From contig JABVCE010000010.1 in assembly GCA_014905635.1 (NCBI GenBank), positions 930,001-994,000 of the forward strand: DNA of 64,000 nt, given 5' to 3'. The position numbers were made by a program, and so were the translations under genes. Positions 1-11,322 of the stretch are shown piece by piece; positions within the stretch are counted from its first letter, which is position 1; each line of letters starts with the position of its first letter. The DNA comes from Scenedesmus sp. PABB004. Lineage: Eukaryota. Under the pieces are notes generated by a model, which worked only from the letters and a program-made list of their open reading frames with translations, had not been told where the DNA came from and did not search any database.

Positions 1-1171
1 TCGCGCCGTTCTGCCTGGCCAGCGGCGCGCAGCTCAACCTGGCCAAGTGCAAGGGCATGCTGCTGGGCGACCACCCGGCGCTGCAGCTGCAGCCGGATGG
101 CAGCGGGCAGCTGGTCGAGTGCAGCACGGGCGTGTGCTTCCCGGACACAGAGCAGGCGCCGATCAGGCACCTGGGCGTGCTGCTCTCTGCCACCGGCGTC
201 GAGCGGCACGCGGCGCAGCTTTACCGCGAGCGGCTGCGCACCATCACCTGCCGCATCGCGCACTGGTCGCGGTACGCGCTCACGCGCCCGGGCCGCCGGC
301 ACGTTGCGCGCCAGGTGCTCGCGGCCTGCGTGGGCTGGCACGCGCAGTTTGTGCCGGTGCCGGCCGACCTCCTGCGCCTCATCCAGCGGCGCGTCACCGC
401 CTACATCGTCGGCAACTGGTGCATCCGCGAGAGCGACAACCGCATTATCAGGCAGGTTCCGCGGGCGGCCATCGCGTGCCTGCCCGCGAGCATGGGCGGC
501 GAGGCGCAGGTCGACGTCGCGGCCTTCACCACGGCAATGCTGGCCAAGACGGCCGCCAGGCTGCTGCACCCGGTGGGGGCGGCCTGGAAGCCACCCGCGG
601 CGGCGCGCTTCGCGCGCGCGCTGCCTGGCCGGGGCACCGCCGCCCTCGTGCAGGGCACCGCGCTGGAGCTGCGGGCGCAGCTGCCGTGGCGGTGGGGCGC
701 GATCGCCTGCGCGTTTGCGGCTCTCGGCGTGCACCGGGTGATCCCCCACGGCAGCATGACCGTGGAGCAGATCAGGGTGGAGGCCCTGGTGGGCAACTGC
801 AGCGTCGGCGCGGCCCTGGGCGGCGCGCGCATCGCGTCGCTCGAGGACCTGCCCGCGGAGCTGCGCAGCGACAGCCTCGGGCAGGCGGCGCCGCGCCTGC
901 CGTGGCGGCCGGCCGCCGACGGCGTCGTCATGCCGGGTGAGTGGCAGCAGGCGCTCGCGCGCAGCGGGCCGAGCGCGCCGGGTTGGCAGGCGCTGCGGCC
1001 CAGCGCGGCGCCGCCGTCGCCGGGCGGCGGCGTGGTGCAGCAGCCCCAGCAGCCGCTGGCGGCGCTGCCGGTGGAGCAGCCGCCGCAGCCGCCGCCGCCG
1101 CCGCCCGCCGTGCGGTGGGTACGGCGGTGGGCGCTGGGCGCGGCAGCGGCGAGCTTCTTCGAGGTGGGGCC
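1..1171 (+). mobile_element. L1-clade LINE ORF2 fragment (region downstream of the RT core), copy A; cut by the window edge and interrupted at 1171
   Basis: Near-identical to the reverse complement of 16821-17994, which is in frame with the RT domain. It breaks at ...GTGGGGCC followed by poly(T). Confidence 0.9.
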
Positions 1172-3117
1172 TTTTTTTTTTTTTTTTTTTTTGTTACAAT
1201 GGGTGACCAAACAAGGACCGAGGCCCAGGGGCAGCCCACTGAAAAAAACTCCAACGGGAAGAGCGCAGCAACCCCTCGTGAAAAACCGCGCCCCGGCGCC
1301 CCCCGAGAGGGGGCACACACATCACCCAACGGCACAGCCAGAGGCCAACGCCCAACGGGCGCCCAAGGAGACCAGGTGATGCCCCGCAATCAAAGGGGCA
1401 GCAGCAGATCAGGCCGCACACCCCCCTTCCGGTGCGGCGAGCCGCACCGGGCATCGGCGCAGCGAGGTGCACCGGCTCCAAGCCTCCGCGCAGAGACCAC
1501 GCGCAAACGCCATCCACGCTGGCGGCGGCAGGGGCCGGCCTCAGCGGCATCAGCCCCCGCGCCTCGCGACGACACACGCACACACCAGGGGGCAGCAGTT
1601 GGCTTTGCTGCAAAAACCCCTGAGAAAGCCGCGCACCGATGAGAAAGCCGCCCCACCGGGGCGGCTTTCTCAGCTCCATCGCCGCCGGCCCGATCCTTGT
1701 CGCCGCGTCGCCGGCACCGCCGCCGGGCAGGTCCTGCGGCTGCCGCTGCTGCTGCCGCTGCTGACCCTGCTCCATCGCCGCGGGGCGGCCCCTGGCCGCC
1801 TCGCCCGCGGCCGCCCGCGCCGCGCCGCCGGCTCGCGCGCCGCCAGCGCGCGCCGCACCTGCGCCCGGCACGCCCTGCGCGGGCGGCGGCGCCACGGGGG
1901 GCGCGGGCGCGCGGGCCTGCGCACGCTGCGGCGCAGCCTCGGCCCCCTCCGCGTCCGCCTCCAGCCGCGCCAGCGCCCGCTCGTAGGTCTGCTCGCTCGC
2001 ACGCCAGCCGCGCCACTCGCCGGCCGCGCGGCCGGCGACGTAGACGCGCACGCGCCGGCCGTCGGACACAAAGTCGTCTGGCAGGCGGCTGAGCATGGGC
2101 TCGCCCGGCGGCGTCCGCACGTACGCGACGAGCGTGTCCGCGCAGGGCAGCGCCGCCGGCGCGTCGCCGAACGCGCTGCTGCAGCCCCAGTGCTCGGACA
2201 CCGCGAGGTCAGGGCCGTAACCCGCGGCGACCAGCAGGGCGGCCATGACGCCCTGGCCGCGCTCCCACAGGTCCTCCGGCAGCCCCTGCACCAGCACCTT
2301 GACGGTGCCGGCCGGCGCGGCCGTCCTGCCCCATGCCGCCGGCACCGCGCAGCCGCCGAGCTGCAGCACGCCCGCGGCGGCGACCGCAGCCGCCGCCGCG
2401 CGCGACTGCTCGTCCGGCTTGACCGCGATCGCGACGGTGGCCCCGGGGGTGCGCTGCCCGTCGCGGTCGCACGTGGTGTAGCCTGCCGCCCAGGGGAGCG
2501 GCTGCCCGCCCTGCACCAGCAGCTGCCCGAGCTGCGCGACGCCGCGCACGCCCGCCTGGAAGTGCGCGGCGCGGCTCGCCTCCCGCTGGCGCGTCGTGCG
2601 GCCGGAAGGCTGCACGGCCTGCCCCAGCGAGAGCACGACCGCGCGCCGGTCGCCGCCCGGCCCGAGAGCCGGCGCCATGGGGATGGGCGCCCGCTGCGGC
2701 CGGTCCCGCAGCAGCCGGGCCGGGGGCAGGAGCCAGACGGGGCCCGAGGGGCCCGCAACGGCCCCTCCGGGCCGGCCGACAGGGCCCCCGCGCCCCACGG
2801 GCCAGCGCGGGCCGCCCGCTGCTGCCCGGTCGCCCGGGGGGCGCGCCAAAGGCCGGGCTGCGCCGGCCGGCGGGCCCCCGCGCCCAGAAAGCCCGCCCCG
2901 CGGCCAAACTGGGCCGCGGGCAGGCCCGCGGGCGCCTGCACGCTGCGGCCAGCAGCCTGCCGCATCGATGCTTCCCGTCCAAGTCGGCCAGGCCCCGCCC
3001 TGCACCCCCGCACCAGCAACAAGCTCCCCAGAGGCTCCCGAACCGCTCCGGCCAGCCCTGCGCGGCCTGCCGCGACCGAGCGCGCGCTGCCGCTGCTGCT
3101 GCCGCCCGGGGCAGTGA

Positions 3118-3148
<31 letters not shown>

Positions 3149-3158
3149 GAGCGGGGGT
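1172..3158 (-). mobile_element. LINE copy B: 3' UTR plus poly(A) (1172-1657) joined to a probable 5' UTR/ORF1 segment (1672-3158)
   Basis: T21 tract then GTTACAATGGGTGACC, the shared LINE 3' end. The upstream part is an open minus-strand frame (TVKVLVQGLPEDLW...TLVAYVRTPPGEPMLSRLPDDF). The ORF1 assignment is inferred from position. Confidence 0.7.
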
Positions 3159-3212
3159 GTCATCTCCGAGCTCTTGACCGTGGAGGCGCAAACCCCGGCC
3201 AACACCGAGAAG

Positions 3213-4112
3213 CAGCCCCGCCGCCCCTGCGCAGCGGAGGTGCGCGGCTGCAAGGTGCTGCCCGGCCACGGGCTGCGCCGCCGAGCGCCGCCGCCGGCGG
3301 CCGCGCCGCGCCGCGGGCCGCGCGCCGCCCGCGCGCGCGCCGCTCGGCGGCGCCGCGGCGCAGCGCTGCCGGGCGCCGTTCCCCTGCCCCGCCGCCCCTG
3401 CGCAGCGGAGGTGCGCGGCTGCAAGGTGCTGCCCGGCCACGGGCTGCGCCGCCGAGCGCCGCCGCCGGCGGCCGCGCCGCGCCGCGGGCCGCGCGCCGCC
3501 CGCGCGCGCGCCGCTCGGCGGCGCCGCGGCGCAGCGCTGCCGGGCGCCGTTCCCCTGCCCCGCCGCCCCTGCGCAGCGGAGGTGCGCGGCTCCAAGGTGC
3601 TGCCCGGCCACGGGCTGCGCCGCCGAGCGCCGCCGCCGGCGGCCGCGCCGCGCCGCGGGCCGCGCGCCGCCCGCGCGCGCGCCGCTCGGCGGCGCCGCGG
3701 CGCAGCGCTGCCGGGCGCCGTTCCCCCTGCCCGCCGCCCCTGCGCAGCGGAGGTGCGCGGCTGCAAGGTGCTGCCCGGCCACGGGCTGCGCCGCCGAGCG
3801 CCGCCGCCGGCGGCCGCGCCGCGCTGCGGGCCGCGCGCCGCCCGCGCGCGCGCCGCTCGGCGGCGCCGCGGCGCAGCGCTGCCGGGCGCCGTTCCCCCTG
3901 CCCCGCCGCCCCTGCGCAGCGGAGGTGAGCGGCTCCAAGGTGCTGCCCGGCCACGGGCTGCGCCGCCGAGCGCCGCCGCCGGCGGCCGCGCCGCGCCGCG
4001 GGCCGCGCGCCGCCCGCGCGCGCGCCGCTCGGCGGCGCCGCGGCGCAGCGCTGCCGGGCGCCGTTCCCCCTGCCCCGCCGCCCCTGCGCAGCGGAGGTGC
4101 GCGGCTGCAAGG
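3213..4112. repeat. 171-172-bp GC-rich tandem satellite, block 1 (~5.2 monomers)
   Basis: GCAGCGGAGG recurs at 3231, 3402, 3573, 3744, 3916 and 4088. Monomers are nearly identical. Confidence 0.97.
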
Positions 4113-4115
4113 CTG

Positions 4116-4200
4116 TTTTTTTTTTTTTTTTTTTTTTTGTTACTATGGGTGACCAGACAAGGACCGAGGCCCAGGGGCAGCCCACTGAAAAAAGCTCCAA
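4116..4200 (-). mobile_element. LINE 3'-end stub with poly(A), copy C
   Basis: Poly(T) 4116-4138 followed by 62 bp of the LINE 3' terminus. Confidence 0.9.
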
Positions 4201-4554
4201 TTATCAGGCAGGTTCCGCGGGCGGCCATCGCGTGCCTGCCCGCGAGCATGGGCGGCGAGGCGCAGGCCAGCGCCATCGCGCGGCGGGAGGCGGGCCAGAA
4301 GCGCAGCTGGGCGGAGCGGCAGCGAGCCGAGACGCCAGACCCGGAGCCTGGGCTGCCGGCGTGGCAGAAAGTCTCGCCCCCGCGGCGCCACGTCATGGAG
4401 CGCGTCGGGCCGGCGGCGGCCGCTGCCGCCGCGGCGCGGCGCGAGGAGCATGAGCAGCGGCGGGAGCAGCAGCTGGAGCAGCGCAGGACCCTGGTTCAGG
4501 AGCCGGCGGCCAACGACCTCGTCGACCCGCTCACTGGTGCGACTGCGACGCCGC

Positions 4555-5181
4555 CACCAGCGCGCGGCGCCGGAGCTGGCGGAGCTGGCGTGCCCGCACC
4601 CGCTCTGCCGCGCGCAGCAGCAGCCGCCGCTGGAGACGCTCGGCCACGTCCTCGGCGGATGCCCCGTGGCGGCGGCGGTGCTGCAGTGGTTTGCTCACCT
4701 CTGGGCGCGGCTGCAGCCGGGCTTCCCGCGCGCGCCGCCCCCGCCCAGGGTGATGCTGGCGGACGACTTTGCCAGGTCGGGCGTCGCGCCGGAGCTGCAG
4801 CAGCTCTGGACGCACCTCCGCCTGCTGCTGCTGCGCGCCCTGCTCGCTGCGCGCGCGCGGCACGGCGGCGGCCAGCCCGGGCACGCGCCTGTGGCGGCGA
4901 TTCGCATCTTTGTGTACTCGGTGCGCGACGCAGTCGTGCTGGACTGGCGCAAGGCAGCGATGGACGTGCGCGCGCTGGCGGGCGTGCCGCGCTCCTGGCT
5001 GTCGGGCTCCGGCAAGGAGCTCACTCGGGCAGATTTCGAACGCCGGTGGTGCCACCGAGGGGTCATCGCGCGCACGGGCCAGCACGGGGGCCGCTTCACA
5101 ATGGAGTTCCGGCTCACCGCAGCGGGCGTGCCGGCGCTGCCGGCGGCGCCGGCGCTGGCCCCGCCGGCGGCGCAGGACCCC

Positions 5182-5212
<31 letters not shown>

Positions 5213-5752
5213 AGCGCGGCGGCTAGCTGCAGGGGCCGGGGGGTCCGCGGCCGGGCTTGCTGCGACCCCGGCTGGCTGCGTGTCGCGCCTCTTCTGCAAC
5301 GTGCAAGGTTGGGCGGTGTCCGCCCGTGCCGCGGGGCTGGTGTCTGCGTGTCGGTCGTCGCGCGGCGCGGGGGCTGATGCCACTGAGGCCGGCCCCTGCC
5401 GCCGCCGGCGTGGATGGCGTTTGCGCGTGATCTCTGCGCGGAGGCTTGGAGCCGGTGCACCTCGCTGCACCGATGCCCGGTGCGGCTCGCCGCACCGGAA
5501 GGGGGGTGTGCGGCCTGATCTGCTGCTGCCCCTTTGATTGCGGGGCATCACCTGGTCTCCTTGGGCGCCCGTTGGGCGTTGGCCGCTGGCTGTGCCGTTG
5601 GGTGATGTGTGTGCCCCCTCTCGGGGGGCGCCGGAGCGCGGTTTTTCACGAGGGGTTGCTGAGCTCTTCCCGTTGGAGCTTTTTTCAATGGGCTGCCCAT
5701 GGGCCTCGGTCCTTGTCTGGTCACCCATTGTAAAAAAAAAAAAAAAAAAAAA
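4555..5752 (+). mobile_element. 5'-truncated LINE copy D nested in copy E
   Basis: ORF2 end (stop 5226), 3' UTR, TGT followed by poly(A). 13-bp TSD ACTGCGACGCCGC at 4542-4554 and 5753-5765. Confidence 0.92.
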
Positions 5753-6096
5753 ACTGCGACGCCGCGCGCCGGCGAGCGCGCGGAGCCGCCCGCCTGGGCC
5801 GCTTGCTACGCGCGCGCGCAGCAGGCGCGCATGCCGCGCGCCCTGCGACACTTTGGCTGGAGCCTGCTGCACGGCGGGGTGCGCGTCAGCGGCGACAGGG
5901 TCTTCTCTTACCAGCGCGCGGCGCCGGAGCTGGCGGAGCTGGCGTGCCCGCACCCGCTCTGCCGCGCGCAGCAGCAGCCGCCGCTGGAGACGCTCGGCCA
6001 CGTCCTCGGCGGATGCCCCGTGGCGGCGGCGGTGCTGCAGTGGTTTGCTCACCTCTGGGCGCGGCTGCAGCCGGGCTTCCCGCGCGCGCCGCCCCC

Positions 6097-6187
6097 TGGG
6101 CTGCCCCTGGGCCTCGGTCAATGGGCTGCCCCTGGGCCTCGGTCCTTGTCTGGTCACCCATTGTAACCAAAAAAAAAAAAAAAAAAA
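6097..6187 (+). mobile_element. LINE 3' stub with an internal short duplication and poly(A)
   Basis: TGGGCTGCCCCTGGGCCTCGGTC occurs twice, then ...ATTGTAACC(A)n. About 130 bp of the host ORF2 is missing at the site. Confidence 0.85.
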
Positions 6188-6494
6188 GCCCGGGCACGCG
6201 CCTGTGGCGGCGATTCGCATCTTTGTGTACTCGGTGCGCGACGCAGTCGTGCTGGACTGGCGCAAGGCAGCGATGGACGTGCGCGCGCTGGCGGGCGTGC
6301 CGCGCTCCTGGCTGTCGGGCTCCGGCAAGGAGCTCACTCGGGCAGATTTCGAACGCCGGTGGTGCCACCGAGGGGTCATCGCGCGCACGGGCCAGCACGG
6401 GGGCCGCTTCACAATGGAGTTCCGGCTCACCGCAGCGGGCGTGCCGGCGCTGCCGGCGGCGCCGGCGCTGGCCCCGCCGGCGGCGCAGGACCCC

Positions 6495-6525
<31 letters not shown>

Positions 6526-6817
6526 AGCGCGGCGGCTAGCTGCAGGGGCCGGGGGCTGCACGCGCTCCGTGCGCGGCGGCTTGGCGTGCTGCCTGCCCGG
6601 TGGGGCGGCTTTCTCATCGGTGCGCGGCTTTCTCAGGGGGTTTTGCAGCAAAGCCAACTGTTGCCCCCTGGTGTGTGCGTGTGTCGTCGCGCGGCGCGGG
6701 GGCTGATGCCGCTGAGGCCGGCCCCTGCCGCCGCCAGCGTGGATGGCGGTTGCGCGTGATCTCTGCGCGGAGGCTTGGGGCCGGTGCACCTCGCTGCACC
6801 GATGCCCGGTGCGGCTC

Positions 6818-7171
6818 TCTTGGTCGGAGTAGGCGCGGATGTTGCCGGCTAGAGGAGCCAGTCGACAACGGCGGAGAGCAGCGGTTGGCCAACGAGAGAG
6901 CACGGAGACACAAGTGAAGGAGCAAAGGTTACATGTGCGTGGTGAAGAGACTCCTTAGGCAAACGGGGCGGGCGCACGGAGCTATATAGCCGAAACGGTA
7001 TCGGTAATCGCAGCTTCTCGGCGGCTGCCGGTAGCTGCGCCGTAAGCAGCTTCCACCGCGGTTAGCACCTTCCACAAGAGCCCAACTAAGGCCCAATGTT
7101 CCGAGTAGCTTCCTTTAGGCTCCATGCACGCAATGGGGTGAGTGTGCGGCCGAAAACACGCACTCTCATCA
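6818..7171 (-). repeat. Copia 3' LTR
   Basis: Direct repeat of 12266-12619. Contains TATATA (6983-6988) and a minus-strand TGTAA (6929-6933). Confidence 0.97.
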
Positions 7172-7191
7172 CTCCCACGCGGACGCAACAC

Positions 7192-10100
7192 TCACACCAT
7201 GCCCATGCCGGTGCGGCACGCCACAAACTTGGACAGCGCCAGCGGCTTGGTGAGCGCGTCGGCGATGTTGTCGGCCGTGGGCACGTAGTGGAACGTGACC
7301 TCGCCGCGGGCCACGCGCTCGCGCGCAAAGTGGTGCGCGACGTCAATGTGCTTCGAGCGCTGCGAGGACACGGGGTTGCGCAGCAGCTTGATCGCACCCT
7401 GGTTGTCGGAGAGGATGTCGATGGCGCCGATGTTGAACTTGAGGTCGCTCATGAGCTTGCGCAGCCAGAGCGCCTCCTTGACCGCAGCGGAGGCGGCCAT
7501 GTACTCGGCCTCGGTGGTGGAGGCCGCGACGGTCTGCTGCTTCTTGCTGGACCAGGTGATCGCGCCGCCGTTGAGGGTGAAGACGTAGCCGGTGGTCGAG
7601 CGGCGCGTGTCGAGGTCGGCCGCGTAGTCCGAGTCACACATGCCGTTGAGGTCCAGGTTGCCCTTGATGCCGCCGTAGATGATGCCAATGTTGGTGGTGC
7701 CGGCCAGGTAGCGGAGCACGCCCTTGGCCACGCCCCAGTGCACGGTCGTGGGGCAGGACATGAAGCGTGTCAACGCGCTCACCGCAAAGGCGATGTCGGG
7801 GCGCACCGTGATGGAGAGGTAGAGGAGCGCTCCCACGAGCGACGTGTAGGGGTAGGCCGCGGTGTCGAGCGGGTCGCCGTTGTCCTTGGTGAGCTTGGTG
7901 CCGAGGCTCACGGGGATGTCGCGGGGCGCGCAGTCGGCGAGCCCGTACTTGGAGACGAGCTTGGTCACCATCTTCGCGTTGGTGATCTTGATGGTCTTGT
8001 TGATGCGGTCGCGCGTGATGTGCATGCCGAGGTACTGGCTCACCTCGCCGAGGTCGCGGGTCTTGAAGGCGGCAAAGAGCTCCGCCTTGACCGACTCGGC
8101 GAGCGCGCGGTTGCGCGCAATGATGAGGATGTCGTCGACGTAGATGAGGATGTACGAGCCGGAGGTGCCGACGTAGAGCGATGCGTCGGCCTTGGACGGC
8201 GCGAAGCCCATCTTGGTGAGCTCCTCGTGCAGGCGCGAGTGCCACGCGCGCGGGGCCTGCTTGAGGCCGTAGAGCGCCTTGATCAGGCGGCACGCGCGGC
8301 CGGAGCCGTCGTCGTAGCCCTCGGGCTGGCTGATCCACACCTCCTCCTCGAGGTTGCCTTGGAGGAAGGCGTTCTTAATGTCGATCTGGATGATCTCGTA
8401 GTCGTGCGCAGCGGCGAGCGCGAGCACCGCGCGCAGCGTGGCGTACTTGCCGACGGGGGCGAATACCTCGTCGTAGTCGATGCCCTCGATCTGGTGGAAG
8501 CCCTTGGCGACGATGCGGCCCTTGTAGCGCTCGATGTTGCCGGCGAGGTCGGTCTTGGTCGTTAGGACCCACTTGGTCGGGATGATCTTGACGCCGGCGG
8601 GCGGCACGTCGAGCTCCCACGTGTTGTTGGCCACGTGGGCGGCGATCTCCTCGTTCATGGCGCCGTCCCACTTGGACGCGTCGAGCCGGCCGAGCGCCTC
8701 GGTGCGCGTGGCCGGGTCGGGCAAGATCTGCCCCGCGTAGTGCGCGGCGGCGGCGGCGTTCCACCACTCACCGGGCTTGCGCGACACGCGCCCCGAGCGC
8801 GTGATGGTGCCGCCGGTGGTGGAGTCGGTGCCGCCGGCGGTCGGCGCCGGCATGTTGTCGTTGCTCTCGGGCGCCGGGCTCGGCGCGGGCGGCGGCGAGC
8901 CGCCCGGGCTCGAGGGCGGGGAGCCGCCGGGGCTCGCGGGCGGGGAGCCGCCCGGGGTGCCCGGCGGGGAGCCGCTCGGCGGCGCGCCGTCGTGCGCGCC
9001 GGAGTCGGGCTCGTCCTCAAAGGCGTCGTCCGCCGGGAACTTCTCGGCGGCGTAGCGGGTGATGTCGGGGTCGATGAGCGTCGGGGACTTGTAGTTGGCG
9101 AAGCTCTTGGAGAGCACCTTGCTCTCGTCGAAGACGACGTTGCGGCTCGACTTGATGTTGCCGTCGGGCATGAGGATGCGGTAGCCCTTGCCAAAGGCCG
9201 GGTAGCCCACCATGATGCCCTTCTCGGCGTGCGGCTCGAGCTTGGTCCTCTTCTCCTTGGGCACGTGGGCGTAGGCCGTGGCGCCAAAGACGCGGAGCGT
9301 TGACACGTCGGGCTTGCGGCCGAAGAAGGCCTCGAACGGCGTCTTGGGCTTGCCGCTCACGGGAGAGAGGTTGCGGAGGTGGTTGGCCGTCATGATCGCC
9401 TCACCCCACGCCGCGGGCGGGAGCTCGGCGGCGTAGATCATGGGGAGCACCTTGTTGAGGAGCGTGCGGTTGAGCCGCTCGGCGGTGCCGTTTTGCTCGG
9501 GCGTGTAGGGCATGGTCTTTTGGTGCGCGATGCCCTTGTCCTTGAAGAAGCCGGAGAGGTCGGCGTTGACGTACTCGGAGCCGTTGTCGGTGCGGACGGC
9601 CTTGACATGGGCGTCGGTTTGCTTCTCCATGTAGGTGAGCACCTCCTTGACGGCCGGCGTGACGTCGGCCTTGCTCTTGAGCGTGCGCACGATGGAGTAG
9701 CCCGTCGCGTGGTCGATGAAGGTCGCGGCGTACTTGGCGCCGCCGTAAGAGAGCTCGGTCATGGGGCCGCACACGTCCATGCTCACGAGCGCGAGCGGCG
9801 TGTCGTACACCGTCGCGGACTCACCGAAGGGGAGGCGCGTCGTCTTGCCCATCACGCACGGCTCGCACATGGGGAGCGCCTTGAAGTCGGTGGTCGTGAG
9901 GTCCATGCCGGTCACCATGCCGTGCTTGGCGGCGCGCTCGAGGTTGGCGTAGCCGAGGTGGCCAAAGCGCGCGTGCCACACCTCGGGCGCCTCTTTGGCA
10001 ATGAGAGCCGGACTCGGGGAGCCGCGGAGCGTGTTGCTCACGATGCACGGGATGCCGTTGGGCGCGTCGATGGCGGTGACGACCGTCTCGCCGCCCATGC

Positions 10101-11322
10101 GCACGGCGCACTTGTTGCCCTCCATGATGAACGTGGCGCCGGCGAGCTTGGCCATCTTGATGGAGACGAGCTTGGCCGCAAAGCCGGGGATGTAGAGCAC
10201 GCGGCGGAGCACGATGCGCCGCGAGATGACGTTGGACTCGTGCAAGATGGCGTCGCCCTCGAGCTCGGCGGCGACCACCTCGCCGGTGCCCACGATGACC
10301 TTGGTCGAGCACGGCTTGGGGTTGTTGAGGTCGCCGGCGTCGTTGGTGATGTGGCGCTCGGCCCCCGAGTCGATGAACCACGTGCACGCGTAGTCCGGGT
10401 TGTCGTAGTCGGGAGCGAGCGTGGTGGCGGTCCACGCCACCTCGCGCCGCTCGGTGTCGGGCGTGCCCTTGCGCGCCTCGACCGCGGCCCGCTCGCGGCA
10501 CTCACCGATGAAGTGGCCGGGCTTCTTGCAATAGTAGCACACGTCTTTGGCGTCCTTGGACGCGCCGAAGCGCGGCCGGTTGCCGCCGGGCGAGCCGCCG
10601 CCGTTGAACGGGCGCGGCGGGTTGGCGAAGCGCGACGCGCCGAGCATGGGCGCGCGCGGGTTGAAGGGCTTGTTGAAGCGCGGGTTGAACGTCTTGTTGA
10701 GCGGCTTGAACTTGGGCCGCGGCGCGGTCGCAAAGTAGGCCTTCTCGGTGTTGGCCGGGGTTTGCGCCTCCACGGTCAAGAGCTCGGAGATGACCTCCTC
10801 GAGCGTGGGGAAGGGCTTCTTGCTCATGATGATCTTCTTGGTGACCTCGTAGGCGCTCGGGAGCTTGTCGAGCATGGCGAGCGAGATGTCCATGTCGTCC
10901 ACCGTGGCGCCGGCGGAGATGAGGTTGTCCTTGAGCGCGTACGCGCGGCCGGCAAAGGCCGTGATGGTCTCGGTGTTGCCCTTGGCGAGCGTGCTCAACT
11001 CGCGCTTGAAGCGCACGATGCTTGCCGTGTTTTGGGTGTGGTACATGTTGGCGAGCTTGTCCCACGCTTCCTTGGCGGTGGTGCACGTTTGGATGAGTGG
11101 CAAGATCTTGTTGTCGACGGAGAGGACGATGGCGGCGAGGGCCTTGTCGTCCCGCGCGGCGTCGCGCGCGGGCGCGGCGTCGGCGTCGTTGCCGGGCGGC
11201 GGCGCGTCGATGAGCGCGCCATAGAAGCCCTTGAGCTTGAGGTAGAAGGTAATCTTGGTGCTCCACGTGACGTAGTTGGAGCCGGTGAATCGCTCAACGC
11301 CAAACTTTTCAAAGTCCATCAT
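7192..11322 (-). CDS. Copia Gag-Pol polyprotein (~1376 aa; Gag-CCHC-PR-IN-RT-RNaseH)
   Basis: CYYCKKPGHFIGEC knuckle; WFIDSGAERH protease; WHARFGH...CEPC and DVCGP/TDNGSEY/NGTAER integrase; YVDDILI RT; CDSDYA/TTEAEY/ADALTK RNase H. First ATG at 11322. Confidence 0.97.
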   Translation of the reverse strand: MMDFEKFGVERFTGSNYVTWSTKITFYLKLKGFYGALIDAPPPGNDADAAPARDAARDDKALAAIVLSVDNKILPLIQTCTTAKEAWDKLANMYHTQNTASIVRFKRELSTLAKGNTETITAFAGRAYALKDNLISAGATVDDMDISLAMLDKLPSAYEVTKKIIMSKKPFPTLEEVISELLTVEAQTPANTEKAYFATAPRPKFKPLNKTFNPRFNKPFNPRAPMLGASRFANPPRPFNGGGSPGGNRPRFGASKDAKDVCYYCKKPGHFIGECRERAAVEARKGTPDTERREVAWTATTLAPDYDNPDYACTWFIDSGAERHITNDAGDLNNPKPCSTKVIVGTGEVVAAELEGDAILHESNVISRRIVLRRVLYIPGFAAKLVSIKMAKLAGATFIMEGNKCAVRMGGETVVTAIDAPNGIPCIVSNTLRGSPSPALIAKEAPEVWHARFGHLGYANLERAAKHGMVTGMDLTTTDFKALPMCEPCVMGKTTRLPFGESATVYDTPLALVSMDVCGPMTELSYGGAKYAATFIDHATGYSIVRTLKSKADVTPAVKEVLTYMEKQTDAHVKAVRTDNGSEYVNADLSGFFKDKGIAHQKTMPYTPEQNGTAERLNRTLLNKVLPMIYAAELPPAAWGEAIMTANHLRNLSPVSGKPKTPFEAFFGRKPDVSTLRVFGATAYAHVPKEKRTKLEPHAEKGIMVGYPAFGKGYRILMPDGNIKSSRNVVFDESKVLSKSFANYKSPTLIDPDITRYAAEKFPADDAFEDEPDSGAHDGAPPSGSPPGTPGGSPPASPGGSPPSSPGGSPPPAPSPAPESNDNMPAPTAGGTDSTTGGTITRSGRVSRKPGEWWNAAAAAHYAGQILPDPATRTEALGRLDASKWDGAMNEEIAAHVANNTWELDVPPAGVKIIPTKWVLTTKTDLAGNIERYKGRIVAKGFHQIEGIDYDEVFAPVGKYATLRAVLALAAAHDYEIIQIDIKNAFLQGNLEEEVWISQPEGYDDGSGRACRLIKALYGLKQAPRAWHSRLHEELTKMGFAPSKADASLYVGTSGSYILIYVDDILIIARNRALAESVKAELFAAFKTRDLGEVSQYLGMHITRDRINKTIKITNAKMVTKLVSKYGLADCAPRDIPVSLGTKLTKDNGDPLDTAAYPYTSLVGALLYLSITVRPDIAFAVSALTRFMSCPTTVHWGVAKGVLRYLAGTTNIGIIYGGIKGNLDLNGMCDSDYAADLDTRRSTTGYVFTLNGGAITWSSKKQQTVAASTTEAEYMAASAAVKEALWLRKLMSDLKFNIGAIDILSDNQGAIKLLRNPVSSQRSKHIDVAHHFARERVARGEVTFHYVPTADNIADALTKPLALSKFVACRTGMGMV

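Noticed and set aside
3213..4112. Satellite as a coding repeat (171 = 57 codons) or microexon array (CGCAG...AG|GTGCGC)
   Set aside because: Most monomers are 172 bp and shift frame. Splice-like motifs are expected by chance at this composition.
4555..4560. Apparent ~145-bp ORF2 deletion
   Set aside because: Explained as the 5' junction of nested copy D, which has a 13-bp TSD.
1467..5537. 1356-aa ORF and other long Arg/Ala/Pro-rich ORFs
   Set aside because: Artefacts of stop-codon scarcity at very high GC. They run through satellite and poly(T) junctions.
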